Positions 29,304 to 42,614 of a stretch of 64,000 nucleotides of DNA are shown piece by piece. Within the stretch, counting starts at the first letter, position 1, and every line of letters begins with the position of its first letter. Source of the DNA: an uncultured Candidatus Binatia bacterium (GTDB lineage: Bacteria > Desulfobacterota > Binatia > Bin18). The stretch spans positions 363,000 through 426,999 of the forward strand of contig OZ251505.1 of assembly GCA_965242795.1 (NCBI GenBank), in the 5' to 3' direction. A program made the position numbers and the translations under genes. Under the pieces are notes generated by a model, which had not been told where the DNA came from, did not search any database, and was given only the letters and a program-made list of their open reading frames with translations.

Positions 29304-29490
29304 TCAACGCTCCGCCGCCCGGCTGCGTCTCAGGACGGGGGCCAGCGCCCGCAGGGCGTCGTTGACGGTCGCGCCGTCGGGAAACACGTCCAGGACGTCC
29401 GGCGAGATGACGACCACGTTCGCACCCCGGGCGTACCGGCGCGCCGTGACCCCCCCGGTTCCCGTGGGAGAAGTCGTATTCCGGACGCAT
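29304..29490 (-). pseudogene. frameshifted small antitoxin-like gene (EYDFS.G.RG ... VVISPDVLDVFPDGATVNDALRAL)
   Basis: One frame reads MRPEYDFSHGNRG... and the -1 frame continues ...ARRYARGANVVVISPDVLDVFPDGATVNDALRALAPVLRRSRAAER. Together they resemble a roughly 60-aa antitoxin-like family. Sits directly downstream of retropepsin-like copy 2. Confidence 0.35.
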
Positions 29491-29581
29491 GGTGTCCTCA
29501 TCCGCAGCCACGCCGTCAGACGGTGGCCGGCTCGGCGATGAAGCGGACGCAGACGAACCCAAGGTGGTCTTCCGCTTCCCG

Positions 29582-30013
29582 CTACTTCAGCTTGAGCAGG
29601 GGGCTGTCCGGCGATTCCGGGCGCGGCCCGACCGTGCGGTTGGTGCAGTCCGCCACCAGGTCCAACGCTTCCAGCACGATCTGGCCGATCAGGGGCTCGC
29701 TGAGCGGCGGCCCGACGATGCAGTCGGTGTTCATGAAGCGGTTGCCGATCTGGACCGTCACCGGCCCGGCGACTTGGCGGGTCTCCTTACGCTCGTCCGC
29801 GTAGGTCACGACGACTTGGCGCCGCGTCCTCAAGCCGAGGCGCCCGACGACGTTCTCCGGCAACACGAGCATGACCGCGCCGGTGTCCACCACGCCTTCC
29901 ACCGTCGTACGGCGAACCGTGGATTCGTCGCGCAAGCCCTCGCTGACGATGTCGCGGTCGACGGTGTTTTCCAGTTCCATGGAAGCGACGATCTCGCCCA
30001 TGCGTTCCTCCAT
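29582..30013 (-). CDS. retropepsin-like (clan AA) aspartic protease domain protein, copy 2
   Basis: 143 aa, about 88% identical to copy 1 with an identical C-terminal 70 aa. DTGA motif present. Confidence 0.75.
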   Translation of the reverse strand: MEERMGEIVASMELENTVDRDIVSEGLRDESTVRRTTVEGVVDTGAVMLVLPENVVGRLGLRTRRQVVVTYADERKETRQVAGPVTVQIGNRFMNTDCIVGPPLSEPLIGQIVLEALDLVADCTNRTVGPRPESPDSPLLKLK

Positions 30014-30085
30014 CCATCAATCGGGGGCACCTTAGCCCCGGTGTTGCGGACGGTCAAATGTGGCCTTCGCCCCCGCACGACGCGG
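29583..30085. repeat. Direct repeat copy 2 (about 0.5 kb), carrying retropepsin-like gene copy 2
   Basis: See copy 1. About 470 bp of unique sequence separates the two copies and contains the antitoxin-like pseudogene and a family-A dispersed repeat. Confidence 0.8.
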
Positions 30086-31568
30086 AAACCTGGGAACACG
30101 CCTGCGCCGCGGCCTCGCCACTCCGTACGCAGTCGGCCAGCCCGACGCCGCGATAGGCGTTGCCGGCCAGCGCCAGTCCGGGATAGCGCGCAACGCGGGC
30201 TTCGACCTCCGCCACGCGGCGCAGATGCCCGACCCGATATTGCGGCATGGAGTGCGGATAGCGCGCGATGCGGGTGAACAGCGGCGCCACCTGCACGCCG
30301 AGCAGTGCGCGGAGTTCGCCGCGGACCAGGGCCAGCAGTTCCGAATCCTCGCGCTCGAACAGTTCGGGTTGCAGTGCGCCGCCTACAAAGGTGCGCAGCA
30401 GGACGTGGCCGGCCGGCGCCCGGCCGGCATATTTCACGCTGGAGAACGTCGCGGCCATGATCGACCGGTGCTCCGCGCGCGGTACGACGAAGCCGAACCC
30501 GTCGAGCGGATGCGGAATCCGGTCGCGGGGGTAGGCCAGATTCACGGTCGCGGCCGAAGTGTACGGAATCGCGGCGAGGTGTCGGCCGAGCGTCTCGTCG
30601 AGGTCGTGCACGAGGCGCGCGGACGTATGCGCCGGGGTCGCGAGCACCACGCCCGTGGCGCGGACCGGCGCGCCGCTCCGGGTTTCGACGCTCCAGCGTG
30701 GTCCGGCGTCCGTTTGCGGGCGATAGCGGATGCGCGAGACCGGCGCGTCGAGGCGCACGGTTGCGTTTTCGAGTCGGTCGGCGAGCGCCGAAACGATGCG
30801 CCCCACGCCGGCGCGCGGCGTGACGAACAGGCTCCAGCGCGCCCCGCTCGCCCCGGCCGCGGCCGGCCGATTCTTCCGCGCCGCGCGCCACAACCCGTAC
30901 GTCACGCTGCGGTACTCGCGCTCCAGGTCGAGGAACCGCGGCATGGTCGCGGCCAAGCTGAGTCGGTCCGGGTCCGCGCCGTAGATGCCGCCGATGAGGG
31001 GCTGGGCGATCCGTTCCAGCACCTCGTTGCCGAAGCGGCGGCGCACGAACGCGCCCAGGCTTTCGTCCTCGCCCGCCGCGGCGCGCGGCAGCGCCAAGTC
31101 CAGCGCCGCGCGCAGTTTCCCCGTCCAGGAGAACAGCCCGGAACGCAGCCACGGACCCACCCGCGTCGGCGCCAGCAGCATGAACCCGGCCGGAAGCGGC
31201 GCCAACCGGCCCTTCCGCACCACGAACGTGGTGCGATGATCCGGGTTGGTGCCGATCAACTCCGATTCCAACCCGAGCCGCCGGCACAACGCCAGCGCCC
31301 AGGGCTTTTCGGAAATGAACGAATCCGGCCCGCGTTCGATCAGGAAGCCGTCGCGCTGCTCGGTTTCGATCACGCCGCCCAGCCGGCCGGACGCTTCCAA
31401 CAGCGTGATGCGCAGCGCGCGACCGGTCTCACGCCGCAACTCGACCAGCCGATGCGCCGCGGCCAGCCCCGCGATGCCGCCGCCGACGATCACGACGTGG
31501 GGGACTCCCTGCGCGTCGTCACGACCGGGCGTTGCGGGACGGGGCGGGTGGGGCATGACGGAAGACAC
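30054..31568 (-). CDS. hemY: protoporphyrinogen/coproporphyrinogen III oxidase (HemY/CgoX family, FAD)
   Basis: VVIVGGGIAGLAAAHRL dinucleotide fold; ...LEASGRLGGVIETEQRDGFLIERGPDSF... is the HemY signature. Confidence 0.85.
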   Translation of the reverse strand: MSSVMPHPPRPATPGRDDAQGVPHVVIVGGGIAGLAAAHRLVELRRETGRALRITLLEASGRLGGVIETEQRDGFLIERGPDSFISEKPWALALCRRLGLESELIGTNPDHRTTFVVRKGRLAPLPAGFMLLAPTRVGPWLRSGLFSWTGKLRAALDLALPRAAAGEDESLGAFVRRRFGNEVLERIAQPLIGGIYGADPDRLSLAATMPRFLDLEREYRSVTYGLWRAARKNRPAAAGASGARWSLFVTPRAGVGRIVSALADRLENATVRLDAPVSRIRYRPQTDAGPRWSVETRSGAPVRATGVVLATPAHTSARLVHDLDETLGRHLAAIPYTSAATVNLAYPRDRIPHPLDGFGFVVPRAEHRSIMAATFSSVKYAGRAPAGHVLLRTFVGGALQPELFEREDSELLALVRGELRALLGVQVAPLFTRIARYPHSMPQYRVGHLRRVAEVEARVARYPGLALAGNAYRGVGLADCVRSGEAAAQACSQVSASCGGEGHI

Positions 31569-31580
31569 CCCGCGGGCGCT

Positions 31581-32549
31581 CTAGCTGGGGCAGGCCGCGG
31601 TTCGGCGGACCAGTTCGGCCAGCAACCGGATGAAGAGCGGATGGTCGTTGACGGCTTCGGCGCGGATCATGTCGAGCCCGTTTTTCGCGGCGACCTGTCG
31701 GGCTTGGGTATCCAGATCGTACAGAATCTCGATGTTGTCGCTCACGAATCCGAGCGGCACGACGACGACGTCGCGTACGCCTTCGCCTGCCAACCGGACG
31801 AGCGCCGCGCCGACGTCCGGTTCCAACCACGGGACCGAGGGAGGGCCGCTGCGGCTCTGGTAGGCGACCGACCAGGCGTCGTGTCCGATCCGACCGGCGA
31901 CCAGCCGCGCGCCTTCGGTGACTTGGCGGGCGTATGCCACGCTGCTCGGCGGTCCGACGGGGAGGCTGTGGGCGGTGAAGACGACGTGTGCCGCGGCCCG
32001 CCGGCCTGTCGGCAGCCGTGACGACGCCGCGGTCGTGCGGTCGGCGACCGCGGCGATGAACAACGGGTGGTCGTGCCAGCCCGGGCCGAAATCCACCGCG
32101 GGCGCCCGGTCGCCGAGTTGCCGTTGCGCGTCGTGCACGTCGGCTTGGTAACGCTGCCAACCGGCCTCGCTCTGCTGTGCGGACAGGATGAGCCCCGCGG
32201 CCCGGCGGACGCCGTCGTCCGCCATTCGCCCGAGCGTCTCCTCCAGGAACGGGTGCCAGTTCCGCATGCCGACGTACACGGGCACCCGCGGCCCGGCGCG
32301 TTCCAACTCCCGGCGCAGCGCCGCGGCCTGCCGCAGGGTGACGTCGGTCAGCGGCGAGCGCCCGCCGAACAACGCGTAATGTCCCACGACTTCTTGCAGC
32401 CGCGCGGGGGGGATGCCGCGGCCGCGGGTGACGTTTTCCAGGAACCGCGGCACGTCGTCCATGTTTCCGGGGCCGCCGAACGCGATCAGCAAGACGGCGT
32501 CGCACGTCATCGGCTGTCCCGGACGCGCCTCAGCGGTGCGACGACTCAT
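31581..32549 (-). CDS. hemH: ferrochelatase / coproporphyrin ferrochelatase
   Basis: ...[23 protein letters not shown]... is the ferrochelatase N-terminal signature; about 320 aa. Confidence 0.9.
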   Translation of the reverse strand: MSRRTAEARPGQPMTCDAVLLIAFGGPGNMDDVPRFLENVTRGRGIPPARLQEVVGHYALFGGRSPLTDVTLRQAAALRRELERAGPRVPVYVGMRNWHPFLEETLGRMADDGVRRAAGLILSAQQSEAGWQRYQADVHDAQRQLGDRAPAVDFGPGWHDHPLFIAAVADRTTAASSRLPTGRRAAAHVVFTAHSLPVGPPSSVAYARQVTEGARLVAGRIGHDAWSVAYQSRSGPPSVPWLEPDVGAALVRLAGEGVRDVVVVPLGFVSDNIEILYDLDTQARQVAAKNGLDMIRAEAVNDHPLFIRLLAELVRRTAACPS

Positions 32550-33567
32550 GGACCAGGTCGATCATCGCGCGCACGTTCTCGACCGGGGTGTGCGGCAGGA
32601 TGCCGTGGCCCAGATTGAAGACGTGGCCCGGCCGCCCGCCTGCCTCGTCCAGCACCCGCCGAACCTGCCGCCGCAATTCGTCGCGCGGCGCGAACAGCGC
32701 CAACGGGTCGAGATTGCCCTGCACCGCGCGGTCCGGCCCGATGCGTTGCCAGGCCGCGTCCAGCCCGATCCGCCAATCGACGCCGATCACGTCGCCGCCG
32801 GCTTCGGCGAGCAGTGCGAGCAGGCCGGCTGTGCCGGTGCCGAAGTGGATGACCGGCGTGCCGGGCGTAATGCCGCGGATCAGGGTCCGCACGTGCGGCA
32901 GGAGGTGGCGCCGATAGTCGTCCGGCGCCAGGCACCCGACCCACGAGTCGAAGAGTTGCACGGCCTGCGCGCCCGCGGCGATCTGCCCGTTGAGATAGGC
33001 GGTCACGAGGCGCACCAGGCGTTCCATCAGCGCGCGCCACGCGCCCGGGTCCCGATACATCAGCCGCTTGGTTTCGAGATAATGGCGGGAGGCGCCGCCC
33101 TCGATCAGATACGACGCCAGCGTGAACGGCGCGCCCGCAAAGCCGATGAGCGGAACGGCGTCCGGCAGGGCGCGGCGGATGCGGCGCACCGCCTCGAAGA
33201 CGAACGGCACCGACTCGTCGGGATGCGTCTCGGGCAGCGCGTCGATGTCCTTGCCACTGCGCAGCGGACGGTGCAGCACCGGGCCGTCGCCGGCGGTGAA
33301 TTCGAGCCCGACGCCCAGCGGCTCGAGGATCAGCAGAATGTCGGAAAACAGAATCGCCGCGTCCACGCCGAGGCGCTCCACCGCCTCGACGGTGACCTGT
33401 GCGGCCAGATCGGGCGTCTTGCAGAGTTCGAGAAACGGGACGCGCGCGCGCAACGCCCGATATTCGGGCATGTAGCGGCCGGCTTGGCGCATGAGCCAAA
33501 CGGGCGTGTAGGGAGTCGGCTCCCTTCGACACGCCCGCAGAAAGACCGGAGTTTCTCGCGCCGCCAT
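32530..33567 (-). CDS. hemE: uroporphyrinogen decarboxylase
   Basis: …[19 protein letters not shown]... is the URO-D signature. Confidence 0.9.
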   Translation of the reverse strand: MAARETPVFLRACRREPTPYTPVWLMRQAGRYMPEYRALRARVPFLELCKTPDLAAQVTVEAVERLGVDAAILFSDILLILEPLGVGLEFTAGDGPVLHRPLRSGKDIDALPETHPDESVPFVFEAVRRIRRALPDAVPLIGFAGAPFTLASYLIEGGASRHYLETKRLMYRDPGAWRALMERLVRLVTAYLNGQIAAGAQAVQLFDSWVGCLAPDDYRRHLLPHVRTLIRGITPGTPVIHFGTGTAGLLALLAEAGGDVIGVDWRIGLDAAWQRIGPDRAVQGNLDPLALFAPRDELRRQVRRVLDEAGGRPGHVFNLGHGILPHTPVENVRAMIDLVHESSHR

Positions 33568-33993
33568 GCGCAGCCGGCGTCAGGACCTGAACGGCAGGCC
33601 GATGAATCCCGCCTCCTCGAGGCGGTCGGCAAAGCGGAGGGGATCGATGAGCGTTCGGGTCATGGGCGGAGCCTGAGTCCGCGAAACATAGTCCGTCCCC
33701 CCGCTGAATGCCAGACCTCGGGGCCGCGCGTTGCATCAGCCCGGGGAGTAGTCATCCGAGATGCTCCCGCGTGTCGTGGAGGGCAGGTCCCTGTGGTCCA
33801 TGAGCCTGTCGAAGGGCGCTTGCCCGGCACGGGGACGGGCAACCACGGGGGGTTGCCCCTACACGTCATAGAGGCCACGCGTACACTGGGGAGACCGCGC
33901 GAAATCCCTACCGAGGCTCCAGAAACAACCGGCCGCGGCCACGTTGGCAGGCTCGGGCTCATGGCCTATAATTCGGGCGGTGGAGGTGAGGGT

Positions 33994-36462
<2,469 letters not shown>

Positions 36463-36464
36463 GC

Positions 36465-38381
<1,917 letters not shown>

Positions 38382-38418
38382 GTGTCGGTTGCGCAGGCGG
38401 TCGCGGAAGAATCTCACA

Positions 38419-38754
38419 TTACTCAGCGACGCAAGCGCGTAATTCGTCCGCGACCCATTGATCGAGGCTCTTCCCTTCGGCGACTGCCGCGGCAGCAATG
38501 GCCGCGTGCAGTTCCGGTGGGAGATGCACGTTCAATTCCCCGGAAAATTGCCGCCGAGGCTCAACACCGTCCTCACGACAGAGATCCAGAAAGACTTGCA
38601 ACGAGGTTGCGCCTTCGTGTCTGAGCCCTTCGATGTCTCGGGCGTAGAAGTCCGCCCCACCGTTCAGACCGATGAACTCCCCCCGAAACATCTCGATGTC
38701 CGGGTCGAATTGGATGACCGCCCGGTAGCCTCCGATTTCCATTGCGTTCTTCAT
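38419..38754 (-). CDS. hicB: HicB family antitoxin (full length, with C-terminal ribbon-helix-helix)
   Basis: MKNAMEIGGYRAVIQFDPDIEMFRGEFIGLNGGADFYARDIEGL... plus a C-terminal RHH-like LPPELHAAIAAAAVAEGKSLDQWV. Confidence 0.85.
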   Translation of the reverse strand: MKNAMEIGGYRAVIQFDPDIEMFRGEFIGLNGGADFYARDIEGLRHEGATSLQVFLDLCREDGVEPRRQFSGELNVHLPPELHAAIAAAAVAEGKSLDQWVADELRACVAE

Positions 38755-39005
38755 GGTTCTATCCCGTTTCGCCTCAGCCATTGACGAATGCTCGCCACGG
38801 CGCCTTTGTCCGTTTCGGGTCCTGGATGCGGACGATGGAATACCCGCCGGTCTCCGAACAGTCGTACGCCGACGCGGGACCCTTCTCGCTCGCCGATCTC
38901 TGCACCCAACTCGATGAAGAGTGATTCGATGTCCTTCCAAGGAATGGTGCCGCTGGTTGGATGGCCGAAGATCGATGCAAGGGTTCTTCGGTGGCTGCGT
39001 TTCAT
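38751..39005 (-). CDS. hicA: HicA family toxin
   Basis: MKRSHRRTLASIFGHPTSGTIPWKDIESLFIELGA...; 4-bp overlap with hicB. Confidence 0.75.
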   Translation of the reverse strand: MKRSHRRTLASIFGHPTSGTIPWKDIESLFIELGAEIGEREGSRVGVRLFGDRRVFHRPHPGPETDKGAVASIRQWLRRNGIEP

Positions 39006-39048
39006 CGACCGGGACGGCATCGGGGAAAACCGAATCCCTCGGTCGGAT

Positions 39049-39306
39049 TCAGGTCGCTTGGCGTCGCCGTTCTTGCGCCAAGTCGTAACCGGCTTGCACC
39101 CGTAGCCAGTGTTCCGCGTTGCTCCAGCCGATCCGTTCCAATGCAAGCGCTAGGCGCGGCGACACCGAGGCGTTGCCGTTCAGCACGCGCGAGAGACTCT
39201 CGCGGGCCACGCCGAGACGTTCCGCGCATTCCTTCACGGTCCAGCCGACAGCCTCCAGACTCTCCCGAATCATGGGGCCCGGGTGCGAGGGGTTGAGCAT
39301 CGACAT
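39049..39306 (-). CDS. higA: HigA-like antitoxin (XRE-family HTH); no intact higB partner detected
   Basis: MSMLNPSHPGPMIRESLEAVGWTVKECAERLGVARESLSRVLNGNASVSPRLALALERIGWSNAEHWLRVQAGYDLAQ is the classic HigA/VapI pattern. Confidence 0.75.
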   Translation of the reverse strand: MSMLNPSHPGPMIRESLEAVGWTVKECAERLGVARESLSRVLNGNASVSPRLALALERIGWSNAEHWLRVQAGYDLAQERRRQAT

Positions 39307-39325
39307 GTCAGGGTCCTCCTAGCCC

Positions 39326-39485
39326 CGTAGGTCGGATTAGCGAAGCGTAATCCGACATTCCTGGCAAGGGCATATCGCCGGCGTTGCATCGATGACTCAG
39401 ACCGGCCTGCGTCCTGTCACCAGACGCTCCCGCCAACGTCGGATTACGCCCTTCAGGCTAATCCGACCTACCTTCTGGCAAAGGC
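39326..39485. promoter_or_regulatory. Two related hairpin-plus-tail repeats upstream of higA (putative operator or structured element)
   Basis: gtaggtcggattagcgaagcgtaatccgacattcctggcaagggc (39326-39371) and gtcggattacgcccttcaggctaatccgacctaccttctggcaaaggc (39437-39485). Each has a tcggatta/taatccga stem followed by ttc(c)tggcaa(g/a)ggc. gtaggtcggattag and ctaatccgacctac are also mutually reverse-complementary. Confidence 0.4.
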
Positions 39486-39742
39486 TGAGGTAAATGGGGC
39501 TCACTCGCAGGCTCGTATCAGCCGAACGTCGTGTCCTGAGACACCGCCCAGCAACGGTCTTTCTTGACAGCCGCGGCGCCGACCCGATACGGGAGACGGA
39601 AAACGAGGGAGCGTAGCTCACAGTGCCGGCGAGTTGGTGGCCGACGTTCCCCGCTCGCCACACGTCAACGCCGAATCCTCGTCACACGGCCGTTGAGTCC
39701 ACGAGAGTTCCGCACCAGAAACAGAATCAGGAGGGAAACCAC

Positions 39743-40138
39743 ATGCAATTTCTGCACACCATGATTCGCGTCAACGATCTGGACGAGTCGCTGCGTTTCT
39801 ATTGCGACGCGCTGGGCATGAAACTGCTGCGCAAGCAGGACTATCCGGGCGGCGAGTTCACCCTGGCCTTCGTCGGCTACGGCGACGAAAAGAACAACAC
39901 CGTGATCGAATTGACCCACAACTGGGGCACGGCGAGCTACGACCAGGGCTCGGCCTTCGGACATCTGGCGATCGGCGTGGACGACATCTACCAGACCTGC
40001 GACGAACTGAAGGGCCGCGGGGTCAACGTCGTGCGCGAACCCGGCCCCATGGCGCACGGCAGCGCGGTCATCGCCTTCATCGAAGACCCGAACGGCTACA
40101 AGGTCGAACTCATCGACCTCAAAGGCGCGCGCGGGTAG
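39743..40138 (+). CDS. gloA: lactoylglutathione lyase (glyoxalase I)
   Basis: MQFLHTMIRVNDLDESLRFYCDALGMKLLRK...FGHLAIGVDDIYQTCDELKGRGVNVVREPGPM... is the canonical GloA. Confidence 0.9.
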   Translation: MQFLHTMIRVNDLDESLRFYCDALGMKLLRKQDYPGGEFTLAFVGYGDEKNNTVIELTHNWGTASYDQGSAFGHLAIGVDDIYQTCDELKGRGVNVVREPGPMAHGSAVIAFIEDPNGYKVELIDLKGARG

Positions 40139-40165
40139 CCGCGTACCGCCATCGAGAGGAATCGC

Positions 40166-40558
40166 ATGCTCCAGCCCGCCAAAGACTCCATCGACGTCGG
40201 CATCTTCGTCCGGGACATCGGCCCCATGCTCGACTTCTACGCCGGCGTCCTCGGCCTGGAAAAAACCGAGGAAATGCCGACCGTGTTCGGCACCATCCAC
40301 CGCTTCCGCCACGGCACGAGCGACATCAAGCTGATGGACCCGAAAGAGGTGCCGCCCGCGGTCCCCAACGGATTCGGCAAGCGGCTCGGGATCGGCTACC
40401 TCACCTTCGTGATTACCGGACTGAGCGACCTATGCGCGGCGCTCAAGAACAAGGGCGTCGAGTTCACGATCCCGGAGACCGAGATCCGACCGGGGACGCG
40501 CATCGCCATGATCAAGGACCCGGAGGGCAACATTCTGGAGTTCGTCGAGCGGGGGTGA
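40166..40558 (+). CDS. VOC (glyoxalase/bleomycin-resistance/dioxygenase) family protein
   Basis: 130 aa. IDVGIFVRDIGPMLDFYAGVLGLEK...IGYLTFVITGLSDLCAALKNKGVEF has VOC fold hallmarks. Confidence 0.8.
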   Translation: MLQPAKDSIDVGIFVRDIGPMLDFYAGVLGLEKTEEMPTVFGTIHRFRHGTSDIKLMDPKEVPPAVPNGFGKRLGIGYLTFVITGLSDLCAALKNKGVEFTIPETEIRPGTRIAMIKDPEGNILEFVERG

Positions 40559-40613
40559 TCGGGCTTACAGGTTTCTCAATCCACGCTTCGACAAGCTCGG
40601 CGTGCGGTGATTC

Positions 40614-41885
40614 CTACGCCGTCTGCCGCCGCCCGCCGCGCGGCCGGAAATGCCGAATGGAGCCGCTGGCGATCCGCGCCCCGCGCGAAGCGTCCGGCTT
40701 CTCGTAGCGGCGGATGGTGAAGTGGGTCGGCTCGAAGCCCTGGATCATCTTGCGCTCGATCGGCTTCCGCAACAGGCTTTCGATGGCCCGTACCGCGTCC
40801 GCCTCCTCCGCGGCCGCAAACGTGACCGCATTGCCCTGCGCCTCGGCCCGGGCCGTCCGGCCGATGCGGTGCACGTAGTCTTCGGGCCGGTGCGGCACGT
40901 CGAAGTTCACGACGTGGGAGATTCCCTCCACGTCCAGGCCGCGCGCCGCCACGTCCGTCGCGACCACCACGTCGAGTTTCGCGCGCTTGAAATCGTTCAA
41001 CACCTGCGTGCGGACGGCTTGACTCTTGTCGCCGTGCAGCGCGGCGACGCGCCGGTGGGACTTGGCGAGGCGTTTGGCGAGTCGTTCGGCCCGCACCTTG
41101 GTCCGCGTGAAGACCAGGACGTGTTTGAGGCTCCGGTGCCGTAACAAGTGGAACAGGAGTTCCGCCTTGCGCTCGGCTTCGACCAGATACAGGACGTGGC
41201 GCAGGGTGGCGACCGGCGTCGCCCGCGGGCCCACGTCGATGAGTTCCGGCTCGTGCAGCGTATCCTGCGCGAGCCGCTCGATTTCGCGCGGCATGGTCGC
41301 GGAGAACAAGAGCGTCTGTCGCCGGTCGGGCACCGCGGCCAGGATGCGCCGCACGTCGGGCAGAAACCCCATGTCGAGCATCCGGTCGGCTTCGTCCAAC
41401 ACCAGCACCTGCAGGTCGGCTAGCGTCAGGTTGCCGCGATTCATGTGGTCGAGCAGCCGGCCGGGCGTAGCGATGAGCAGGTCCACGCCGGCCTGCAGCC
41501 GGTCGATCTGCGGGCCGAGTCCCACGCCGCCGTACACCACGGTCGAGCGGACCGGCACGTATTTGCCGTACGTGCGGGCACTCTCTCCGATCTGCACGGC
41601 CAACTCCCGTGTGGGGGTCAGGACCAGCGCGCGCAGGCGCCGGTCGTCCGGGTCGCCGTGCAACCGCTGCAGGATGGGCAACAGAAACCCCGCCGTCTTG
41701 CCGGTACCGGTCTGCGCGCAGGCGAGCAGATCCTTGCCGCTCAGCGCGACGGGAATGGAGAGGGATTGGACGGGGGTGGGGGTGTCGTACTGCGCGTCGC
41801 CGACCGCGCGCAGCAGTTCGGGGATGAGGCCGAGTTCGCCGAATTCACTGGAAGAACTTCCGTCGTTGTCCTGTATCACGAGCAC
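40614..41885 (-). CDS. DEAD-box ATP-dependent RNA helicase
   Basis: Q motif, AQTGTGKT (motif I), PTRELA, DEAD (VLDEADRMLDMGF), SAT, HRIGRTAR. Confidence 0.9.
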   Translation of the reverse strand: MLVIQDNDGSSSSEFGELGLIPELLRAVGDAQYDTPTPVQSLSIPVALSGKDLLACAQTGTGKTAGFLLPILQRLHGDPDDRRLRALVLTPTRELAVQIGESARTYGKYVPVRSTVVYGGVGLGPQIDRLQAGVDLLIATPGRLLDHMNRGNLTLADLQVLVLDEADRMLDMGFLPDVRRILAAVPDRRQTLLFSATMPREIERLAQDTLHEPELIDVGPRATPVATLRHVLYLVEAERKAELLFHLLRHRSLKHVLVFTRTKVRAERLAKRLAKSHRRVAALHGDKSQAVRTQVLNDFKRAKLDVVVATDVAARGLDVEGISHVVNFDVPHRPEDYVHRIGRTARAEAQGNAVTFAAAEEADAVRAIESLLRKPIERKMIQGFEPTHFTIRRYEKPDASRGARIASGSIRHFRPRGGRRQTA

Positions 41886-42158
41886 GTCGCTTTCTCCGTG
41901 GCTTCATCATGCGGAGGTACATACGCGACACCCGCATGTCGCACGGACGGTTGAGGAACCTGGGAAACGTGGAACTCGGATCGGGATGAGCCGAGACCCG
42001 CTTCTGAGCGGGATTTCTTAACGGAGGAAAAGAGATCTGCTCACGGTTCGTTTTATGTTTATACGGCACCGAGGATAGCGGACTTCAAGGAAAAATGCCA
42101 GTCGGCACGTGCACGACCTCACGTGTTCCAGGCCCTTCGTCCCGGTCGGGTGCAAGCG

Positions 42159-42581
42159 TCAACGCAACGCGTGCTTCCGTTTCGTCAGGACGATCGCGGC
42201 CCCGGCCGAGACGCCGACCGCCACGATCGGATAGGCGGCGAAGAGCACACTCGCCACGACGCTCGACGGCTCGGCCCCATTCGGCGGGCCTTTGTACATG
42301 AACAATAGCAGATTCAGGACGACGTACAGTGCGTAGGCATGCGCCATGCCGACCGCGAAACGTTTCATCCGCCAGATGCCGTAGGCGTACGCCAGCAGGT
42401 ACGCTCCGGCCAGTGGGCCGGCGATCAGATTGGCTGTTCCGGTCAGGCGGGTCCCGAACAGGACGAAGCCGGTTTCCTCTCCCAGGATCTGCAAGGGTTT
42501 CAGCAAATTCGACACCGCCAGCACCGCGAAGAGTATCGCAAAGATGCTCAGCAGCGTCCCGCGTTCCGTTTGATCCGCCAT
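42159..42581 (-). CDS. hypothetical integral membrane protein (4 predicted TM helices)
   Basis: 140 aa, hydrophobic segments throughout, no recognisable domain. Confidence 0.55.
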   Translation of the reverse strand: MADQTERGTLLSIFAILFAVLAVSNLLKPLQILGEETGFVLFGTRLTGTANLIAGPLAGAYLLAYAYGIWRMKRFAVGMAHAYALYVVLNLLLFMYKGPPNGAEPSSVVASVLFAAYPIVAVGVSAGAAIVLTKRKHALR

Positions 42582-42614
42582 TGTTCCCTCCGTTGGCGCA
42601 GGCAGGCTTGCAAT

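Noticed and set aside
30060-32021. 653-aa plus-strand ORF over the hemY/hemH region
   Set aside because: Antisense to two clear haem biosynthesis genes; low-complexity translation.
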